A stretch of DNA of 64,000 nt, taken from Takakia lepidozioides. Lineage: Eukaryota; Plantae; Bryophyta. A model generated the notes under the pieces. That model had not been told where the DNA came from. It searched no databases and saw nothing but the letters and a program-made list of their open reading frames with translations. Position numbers and translations under genes: made by a program. Of the stretch, positions 54,273 to 64,000 are shown piece by piece. The stretch is from NCBI GenBank assembly GCA_030704615.1, contig CM060733.1, forward strand, positions 26,412,001-26,476,000, in the 5' to 3' direction. How positions within the stretch are numbered: the stretch's first letter is position 1; each line of letters begins with the position of its first letter.

Positions 54273-57200
54273 GTATATACATCTTGAATTAGAGGTACAA
54301 TACCTATATATATACAAAGATAGTTTCTTTTACTTCCCTAACCATACCTAATCGTTCCACGGCAGCCTAACCCGACCATTCTTTGTGAGTAGGTGACCAA
54401 TTGGAATGAAAGTGGTATGTTTGTTGAAGTGAAAACGTTACACCCAAAACACATGTTTTCTTAAGAATATACATGTGTAGGATATTGGGCTGCCTTTTTT
54501 GGCCAAGTCTAGCAAACAAATTCATGAGTTTGGTGATTGCCAAATAAGAGCATCCCCACCCTACACTGAACCCAGCAGGCCAATGGAATATCAGGGTTGT
54601 AGTGGGTGGTAAAACGTCCACACCCTTGCACTAAACCCTATATCTCATGAAAAGCGGGCATTGAATATCATTCTGTGCACTGAACCCAAACGCTGTATTC
54701 AGGCCCGAATACGCCCCCGAATCCAAGTCAACGTGACCATGCCTAGGTCTAGCGTATGCGCGTCAGCAGCTTGGCAATGAGCATGACCCCTCCTACCAAT
54801 GAGAGCCGAGCTGTAGGGGGATAGCGTGGACAATTCAGGGGCAAAGGTGTTGCCTCGCTATAGAACCAAACAGGCCCTCAATCAATCACGTAATTTTGGC
54901 ATTAGAGGGAGTCTTTCGGGCTCAAGGGTGGGGATGCTCTAATGGGCAAAGTATCCGAAGGCGTTAACCGAGGAGGTCTAAGTGCCTCCCCGAACTCCCT
55001 TCACTCGTCGATGGCAAAGTCTCATGCCATGCTTGCTACAGACACTCACTTACTACTCAAAGCAAATTCCCAACTTTATCTCACAATGGCATATGAACAG
55101 ACACACGAGGAAGCAACTGAGCCTTTTATACCAATTGCCTCTCCTTGACAAGAGGTGAGTGGGGCTATCCTTTGCAAGGCTGTTTCCTTCAAGCGCTCAC
55201 CACCCAAAGCTAGTACCCTTGAAAATGCAACGGATGTGGGCATGATATTTCTATGATCCACAACTATATTCCCAATAAATTGCACAGGAAGCCGTGCATA
55301 TCGGCCATCTCTCACTATCATCCCAGCGTATAGGACATCGTTTCCTCCCAAAAGTCCAGAGTAAATCCCATGGAATACAATATAGCCCAAACAAGCACAT
55401 GAATGACATTGCATATTTAACAATGGCTTTGGCTCTCATGAGTGAACTATCTGTAGGATGGTTAGGCTATAGTTGAACGAAGAACTCATGGCATGTATGT
55501 ATCTATACCAGGGCCTAATTCTATGTGAATCATATCGGGCGAAATAGATAGAATATCTCGAGGTCCCCGAAACATGATTTCGAAATTCCGTTGGCGGTAC
55601 AGTCTTTCCTTATGTTTTTATCAATATTTTCACGTCATCTTATTTATGTTTTCTGAACCACCCAAAGACGTTTGAATTTGGAAAGGGCAAAGGCTTACTG
55701 TCCTTAGGCAAGGGCTTAAATGTTTACAAGGGCTTATTGCTTATTGCCCTTGAGAAACATTTTTAGTTCTAACACAAACAAAGCCTGGTTCCATTTTGTT
55801 ATTACATAAGTGCTCAAGCTAGTTTATCCTCCACAACGATAGAAAGACCATGTTTACAAGGGCTTATTGTTCTCCTAGATTATGGCAAACATGCGCAAGT
55901 GAGTTCATGATACCAGGAATTGGTTGAATCGGCATATAACACTGGTGATAATTAGAATATGTCTCGTGCTTTGAAATTTTGTTGGGAGTGCCTTTCTAGA
56001 TATTCAGATATTTAGGCATACTAGTTCTATTGGGTCGTTTTTTTGGGATCTTGTGGATGTAACTAAGGTTTTGCAGAGAGAGGTAGAGCAACATTATAAT
56101 GTTTGGGCGATGGATTGCTAACCCTGAAATCATCACGCAAGCGACTAAGTTATTATATTGTGCACAAGCACTGAGGCACTACTACATGATGAAACTTATC
56201 ACAGTACCAAGAGATGTGCCCTCAAGAGTATCATACACGACTCAAATTTCCGGCTTAAATGTGACAAAATCTTCTCTTGAACATTTAATTTCCAATTTAC
56301 TGGGTACTTTTTCTTCGCATAAGGAGTCATACAGGGGGAAATACTCTTCTGCCAAATTTTGTCCTATATATGAAACAAACCTGAGAAGGCAGACATAATG
56401 AGACTAGTGACATAGCTTTGCACAACATATAGGATATAGTAATTTCACAACCTTTGGTCTTGTTTAAGCCCTGATGATAGAGCTGAAGCAGTCCAGGTTT
56501 AGGTGTGGGGGTTACTGCTGATTCTGAGATTCGCATAATGTCAATGAGGTTTGTCTTTTTGTACACTCATTGCTTTCAGTATTTGTGATTTTACAGATGT
56601 GAAGCTGTTTCACAACTTATTTGTTGAGATGATCCGTGGCTTAGCTGCTATACCTCTACAGTGGCGTGATGGACAGCACTCCTGATGATTGTCTCATGGT
56701 AATTCTATCCCTGACATTGTTGATTTTGCCAACCCTTGTTTGACGAGTTTTTAATGAAGGTCTCAATCAAGGTTTCCATAATAGCAATGGTCCTTCGGTT
56801 GGGGAGTCTGCAGTGTCTGTTGTACCTCTCTACTCAGTGCTACTCCTCTCACCATCATTCATTCCCTCACAACCTAATCCCACTTTTTTTCAAACTTCAC
56901 AGCAGATGCCTAAACGACAAGCATGCCTCTCTTGTTCCCCAAAACCACTTCGCCTAATTGTCCAATAAGAAAAAATGCTCTCAATCTTTTGTGTAGTTTT
57001 GCTACAGTAGGTGACCTTGTAAGTGGTAGAACTCATCTTATAGCAACCAAGGTTTCAATCACCCATGAGCTAGAAAGGGCAAGCCATAAAACACCTTACT
57101 GCAATGTACCTTGTAACCAGCCTGCAGGGGTAAATTGCCTGGAAAAGTTCAATGAGGCCTAAACTTAAAACTCTTCACAGAAGGAAATAAGTTATGTTGT

Positions 57201-57756
57201 AAAGTCATATCTGTGATCCTCAGCCCCAGAAAATGACTTTTCGGTTATGGATCTATCAATCTTTTCAACTCACCGGGCACGCCCTCCTGCAGTTAGCTGC
57301 ATAAGTCTGAAAATAGGCTAAGTAACACGCATGGGCTGTGGCAACTGGAAAGCAATTCTCTAAACTAGCATATTAGATGTCCCACACAACTCTTGGAATA
57401 CCTCGCAGAACCTAAGCTTGGATGCTAAGATAAACTCCAACATTAATCAACACAAGCACAATCAAAAGAGGCCTACGAGCTCCATTGCTTTCTTGCAAAA
57501 GCTATCATGCAGGCTTTCTTTGTTTCAAGAAAACAAACACTCTTCAACCACACCCCCAGGTTTGCAGGAAAAAGTTGGCATGTGAGACCAAACCCATATT
57601 TTGGAGAGGACCAATTTATCCATACAGCTCTGCTGAGCAGAAAATGACACCACAGAAAAAATTACAATTTCTCTCTCACTGACAAAAAAAGGCTAGCTAG
57701 CAAGGAAACTTTAGTTCTTCATATGCTTCTTTGTCCCCCTAATGTCAGCAGCTTCC

Positions 57757-60700
57757 TCAAAGACTTACACTGCGTGTCTGCAGTCTTGCCACAGCATCCC
57801 CCACACCAAGATCTTGCACATTGACGCTCTCTATCAACTCTTTGCCATCACCATCAGCAGTGATCCTGTCATTGTCTTCTTTTCTGCCCTGGTCTTTGTC
57901 CTTCCAACCCATGGACCGCGCTCTTCGTTCCCACACTGTCGTCTGCTTTCTCTCTACCACCAATGCTGCCTCGGCTTTCTCACGTGCCTCCTCACTTGTT
58001 TCCATACCCTGCATATGATAAATTATATGGCATGTGCTCAGCAATGCTTGACTTGGAATAGCCTTGTGTGCATAGACTGAACTCCCAGTTGTAACGGTGG
58101 GGGAACCGGAAGGAGATGAGAGCAAAGCAGAATGGGGACTAGTACAAGAGATACCTCTGTGAACAACAAATGAGATTGTGCTTGCTGAGTCTTATGGACC
58201 CCATTTTGAACTTACTTCCTAGTGGGAGGCCCGCTAGTCCTTGCAAACCCATCAGATGATGTGTCTAAGAGTGAAGACGAGGACACATCCCATGTGGACC
58301 TATGGTGCCCTGAACAGCCTATATATTGGATGGTCAGTCTGCAAATTTGAAGTCCTGCATAGTGAACAAATTTCAATGGGTTTCTACATGAAGATAGCCT
58401 AGCCTGCATGGCTGCAAGATCAAAAACAAGGAGGAGAACCCACTGACCGTATTGCACTTCTCTGCCTCCTTCTGATATTGAGAGGCAATCTTTTTGGCTT
58501 CAAGGAAGGAAAGTTCAGCTCGCTTCTCACTCTCCGCATTCACTTCTTGCTGCAATTTCAGCTCCTCCTTGAGCAGTTGTACTTGACTCTTTCCCAGCTC
58601 CTCACGGAGGTCTGGGTTGTCCTTGGAGCAATCTGTGTCCCAAAAATTTAACAGTCTACTTTCAGCATGTGAAGTTCATGGTCTATGGGCGAAGTCACTC
58701 ACACATACAAATGTGCAAATTGAAAGTCCCTGCAAAAATTGGCTATGACGGCCCTTTTGATCCTGCGGTTTCCAACACCAATGTATACAAAGTCAGGCCA
58801 ATAGTTACTAAGATGTTGTGCCTAGCCAGCAACAATCTGGTAACAGAAAAATAACGACTTGATTAAAGGGCTAGCATTCACATCACACCAGAATGCATGT
58901 TGTTGATGCTTTCCCAATCCAACAACACAGCGATCCAACACCTCATGCGAGAGGAAGAAGCAGTTCATTCTTCCATTGCTACCCCAAGTGGACGAATGCC
59001 ATAAGGCTGTTGCAGGCTCAATGGGATGAACTCAAAAGGATCTAAGGCCAGTGAACTTTCTGTAATGTCAGTAACACCACCCTTTGGTCCTAGTAATAAT
59101 TGTAACAGCACACTGTTATTGGTGGGGGCGCACTATGAGTTAGAGAATGCCAGACCTTTTCCAGGGCAGCTACCTGGAGCTTGGGTCATGATGCCAGTGA
59201 CTACAATAGTTAAGAGATCTATGGTCGATTCAAGCTTCTGAAATAATCCCATGATTATTACAAAGCTTGCTATACAACCAAAATTAGAAGTTGCTCAAGA
59301 CTGTGTGAGCCTCAATAACACACAGATAACAAACAGCCGTTCGATATTTGAGCAAATGACAGGGCACTTATGTAGGCAGTAGGCAGCAACACCAAGCATC
59401 GCTGCATTCACATCAGTCATGATCTTGATGTTTGTCTCTTCCATAAATCCCACTGGCAAGCTTTGCCCTGCATGCTTTGTGGGAGAGCATGGAAAGTGGC
59501 TCTAGGACCCCAGGATATCTCAGCCCAACTTACTGGGTGGCATAATCGATACCTACTGCACTCTGCTAATCTTTTATGAAGAAGCTGAGGAGTGCAGTCA
59601 ACTTCTGGTGGTTGAGAATATATCTGATATCCCAGTAACATAATATGTCATGGCATCCTGGTCTTTCCTCTCTAGTGAGAAAATCTGAGATGTCTGTGGG
59701 TATTGCTGCACTGCTGAAAACTTGAAATTGAGGTGCTTAGAACCATGATGTCAGCTAAGTTGTTAGTCTCTAGATATGTGAGTTCAGTCAGCTCATAAAG
59801 ATAAGTATTGGTACCGGGTATCAAAGGTGACAGACCTGCTACCGAGACGTTCCCCAATCCTTCGCCACCCGTAAAGTTGCCACACCCAAAATGAAAAGCG
59901 TGAGGGGACAGCCAATGTGAAAACCAGAGAAAGCTTTGCAATGGGACCAACAAATGCAGGGAAAACCGCTTTGCAGCTTGCCTACTAAACCCAAATGGAG
60001 AACTATAGGTGCTCATGTGCTCCTTCCGGTGGTTTGGTATTTCCCTTTGCCGTTGAGGAAGACATACATAGTGAGACAGTGGTAACCTGCTGGCATGGGC
60101 CCCATAAAATATAGCCAGTAGGTGGGGTCTCCATCTCTAGATGCAGCTAACTAAGGTGCCGAGGCGAAGAGAAAAAGGGAGGATTAAGTTTGCAGAATCT
60201 GCACAGCGCAAGGATCCTTACAACCACAATGCAATCGCAACAATTTTCTTCAATCTGAGAGAGCAAGGACTGTCCTTCGTGGCACTTCGTGAGGATGTCA
60301 TGGCCTTGATGCCCAATCCTAGAACTGCTGTTGGGCGTGGGCGTAAACAGACCGACTCTTGGTTAAGGTTCGATATGAGATTTATAACTGCTACGGGGAA
60401 GATAGACAGACACACAGATAGACAGAGAGCATCCTTGCTGAGCTGCTGAAACCTGTCCTGGAGCCACATGAGAACTTCCAAACTTATGCACTATCGTATA
60501 GAAGGTACGAACAGAACGTATCTTTATAGTACGCCGACTGCAAGTCAGTACCAAATGCTGTAGTCCTACGGCCATAGACCCCGCTAGATACAACCTCTCC
60601 TAGGTGGGTGGTGACAATCTCAATCCCGGAACTTAGTATTCTAACTCTCGTCGAATGGAGACCGACATAGGTTTCTCAAGACAAATGACAACCCATCTGC

Positions 60701-61035
60701 GAGATTGGGTTCTCACTGCGATTGAGCCATAACTAACAGCTTGCTGTACTGGACTGACAGTGTATCTGCCCCCATTCTCACCGCACCAGTGGAAAGGCAA
60801 GAGTCAAGGTGAACCGACCTGCTATGGGTGTAGTGGCCAGATCAGACGTGGACGTACAGTCACAAATACAGGGATGGCAAGCAAGCTTAACGTCGCTCAC
60901 CACAGCTGCTCCGTTCTCCATCAAATGCCAGTAGAGAGGGGGACCCAGCATGTACACCGACAGCCCCAGGGCCAGCACAACCGTGATGAATTTCACACCA
61001 AATGAGACACAGCAACCCCCTGTTTGCTGTGCCAT
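57757..61035 (-). CDS. DUF1068 family membrane protein, probably 4 exons
   Basis: YMLGPPLYW...CHPCICDC; mini-exon GLGNVSVA (~59837-59860); DCSKDNPD...EAKKIASQYQKEAEKCN; GMETSEEAREKAEAAL...WERRARSMGW. Confidence 0.88.
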
Positions 61036-62584
61036 ATCCAAGTACCAGAACGCTTCTTCCCGAACCTCCTCTCTTAGTAAATCTCTCTTCCAATGCAATC
61101 TATCCCCCAAAATTGCTATCTACTGCTCCTTGCTGCTCCCATTCCATCCAACATACATACAAAAAATCCCCTCTCTGTCCCCACCACCTTTGAGTGCGTA
61201 TATTGGATTCTCCTTGCTATTGCTCCTCCCTCACGAGCGAACACCCACCAGTGTCATCACCATCCCCGGCCATCTTCCTCACCTCCACTGCATGTGAGAG
61301 AAGACAGCTTTCTCTCTCTCAGGACTCAGGAAGCCCAGAAGTGTCTTGCAACGATCTACACCTGCTCTGCTTCTGTGTACAGTATTCAGACAAGAGAGAA
61401 ATAATTTCAAAAATTGAGGTGATACAAGCTTACCTACTATTACGGATGGATTCCATTTTATATCATCCATCCATTTGGGCATAGTATCTACGATATTTCC
61501 TATACATACATCGTATGTATTCAAATTATGACTTGGTGAGTAGGTAGTAGGTACCACCAATACGACCCCGCATCTCACGATCCAGGTACTGTACGTCGTG
61601 TAGCTACCTACCTACGTATACTATATCCCATTGCCAGGTGGTAGATATCGTTATCCACCATGGGAACAGTGAATGTGGTATAGGGAACTGTGAACCCGTG
61701 CCATTGGAGGTCACAGTGCGTGTCCCTGCAGAAGAGTCGGCTTGTCCAAGAGATTTTTTTTGCGTTGTTTTTTTTTTCTTTGAAAAATCGTGGGGCATGC
61801 ATTGCTTATTGATTCAAGGGATCATAATTTTATTTTCCATTGTACAATATTTTGTTTTTCTTCACTGGCAAGAGGCAGAGGGGCAATAAGTTGGGTTCAA
61901 TTTCTTGGTTAAATGGGCAAATAGTATAATCTTATCATTTTTCTTCAAAGTGTCAACTATGGTTGGCTATGGGCTACAAGTTGAGCATCATAGAGACAGA
62001 TGACTCTAGCCACTCGGAGTAACTAAGAGCCACTTCACCTAGTGAGCTAGGATTCAAAGTGAAGGTCGTCATTTGGGATGAAGAGACGCTATAAATTACG
62101 CTTCTACCGGAAGAGTCATATTTTTTTTTTCATTGTTGCAACATATATCAGTGTCTGACCACACTCAAATAAGAAACCCATGCTACAATAGTGATGATAG
62201 TTGAAATTAATGTGAAAGATTGAAGACCCATGACGGTATATGTACCCCTACAAGCTCTACTCGTTGGGCTCTGTCAACGGTCTTTGCGTGCAGGATGGGC
62301 AACCCATCCCTTGGCTCCATAGACCGCACAGTTTGCAATGTCGAGGTTGCAGTTGCCACAACCACGGTCACAATTGGGTTCCGTGGGGCGGCACTCCTCT
62401 CAGTTTTACGACATTGTATTTGTTTTTCTACATTGTGCTATATTGTCTACAATGTTCTCTTTGTAGTACTCTGCTTATACAATAGTGGTGATGTAGTAGT
62501 GACACCATAAGTTACGCTTGCTTCGGCAACGCGTTTACTTTTTATTTTGGGGTGATGTAGGATGTATTTGCGTCTTTCTCCACC

Positions 62585-63660
62585 ATGTTGGAATGTAAGG
62601 ATGTTTTCAACACTAATTTTGTTGAATTCCTAAACAAAGCTGAGAATGAAGATGTGAAGATCAGTGAGCTCGAACTAGAGGCTAGGGATGTTGGTAGGGG
62701 CGCTACATTTGATGGAGTTAATGGATTTGATGTACTTCAGCGTGATCTTATTGCTTCTATGCGGGCCAAAATGCAAAGCCCTCCAAATGGTATCTTCATC
62801 AATGTGGACCTACAGTGGACTCCACATGTGACTGTAGGACATGAACAATACAAAGAGACTTGTACCGCCATCATACCATGGGATCGTGTGTCTGATTTCA
62901 TTGAAGGGGAGCAGAAAAATCATCAATTTCCTACTAGTTTCACAGAAGATGTCATGACGAGACATGCTCTTGGATCTATCACCCAGCCACGGGCGAAAAG
63001 TAGCACTTTGCTTGTGAGGTGAGCTATCAAGTGCAATATCAAAACTGTTCTTCGAGCTCAAACTTTGTGTTTCAAACATGTATTGCATCTGACATATATT
63101 GGTGGACATCTACCTAAAACTTGTGAACAGATATCGTTGTTGTTATGGCCCTCAAGACTATAGTCACATGGTGGTTCATGTTGTGAGAGCACTACTCATA
63201 TCTACACAAAAGAAACAAAAACAGAAAGTTCGTAAACGGAAGAAGAAATCAAAAAATCAAGTCAAAGCTTCGCAAAAAGAGGTCGTCTTGGAAACCACGA
63301 CACATGTTCTCAGATTGTTATTGCACACAAAAAATTATATATGAATGTTCTACAAATATATATGTTTTGCTCAATCTACCCCACACATAATCTGTTCAAC
63401 TTTCAGAAGTTCATTGGTATAATAGCTGTGTATTCATGTTGTATTATGATTCATTTCAATTGCTTGCACTACAATTTCACATATATGTCATGATGCAGGA
63501 GTAGTCCAGTTGAGTGTAACATGGAAGGATTCAAAAGAAAAAGAGGGGGATCACATAAGAAAAATGTCAAACATGTCTGTTTATAAACGTGGCTGTCAAT
63601 GTCAGTTTCTTATAAAACAAATGTATCTTGATAAATCTTATACAACATGGAACATGCAAA
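62585..63660 (+). pseudogene. Degenerate N-terminal part of a MULE-related SWIM zinc-finger protein or transposase
   Basis: AIIPWDRVSDFIEGE...YRCCYGPQDY...KRGCQCQFLIKQMY resembles plant SWIM-family N-termini as I recall them; no DDE core visible in the window. Confidence 0.5.
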
Positions 63661-64000
63661 TACTAATGGAGAAATTGTATGTCGTGGGGGCTCATTTGCT
63701 CAATTTCGGTTTTCTCTCACAAAGGGATGTGATGCCAAATGCAAGAATTCTGTAGGAGTCTCCCGCAAACCTTCATGACTGCTACCACCCGTTTGGCTCC
63801 TGTAAGGAAAGACATGCACATTGTATCAACAGATCATATGAATAGTGGATAGATACTAAACCATGCCACATGAGAGTCTACTACCACAGGCATTGACCTC
63901 ATTTAGCTAAGTTGTCAGGCCTCACAACTCACCATGAGTATTCAAAACAAACAGTGACACTTACCACGTCTTAATAGGGGAAGGTCCCGCATCATCTGCT

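Overview
Eukaryotic nuclear DNA from a land plant; the abundant 35/35/31-aa PLS-type PPR repeats suggest a non-seed plant (inference). Positions 1-17.7 kb are a degenerate PLS-class PPR locus, all on the + strand. It is interleaved with fragments of unrelated genes (MCCB, GNL3/nucleostemin-like GTPase, nodulin-like MFS, ABCG), OSB-type PDF motifs, SINEs, a non-autonomous CACTA and repeated Helitron-like 3' ends. Positions 17707-31234 are the highlight: a 13.5-kb Mutator-like transposon with a 9-bp TSD and imperfect CGTGAGCC-based TIRs. It carries a spliced GCM-like/DDE/SWIM transposase on the - strand. Divergently, on the + strand, it carries a 9-exon gene for a ~1080-aa ParB/Srx-domain plus beta-class (N4C/N6A-type) DNA methyltransferase-like fusion protein. 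The 3.76-kb first intron of that gene holds 31 tandem ~116-bp units, each with a palindrome (stem up to 18-19 bp) closed by a GCAA loop. Downstream lie a decayed L1/Tx1 LINE and ordinary genes: truncated haemoglobin GLB3, an ILR1-like amidohydrolase, TGS1, AP-3 delta and a DUF1068 gene. A hAT MITE and a MULE/SWIM-related fragment are also present. All assignments come from reading motifs by eye; no database searches were run.
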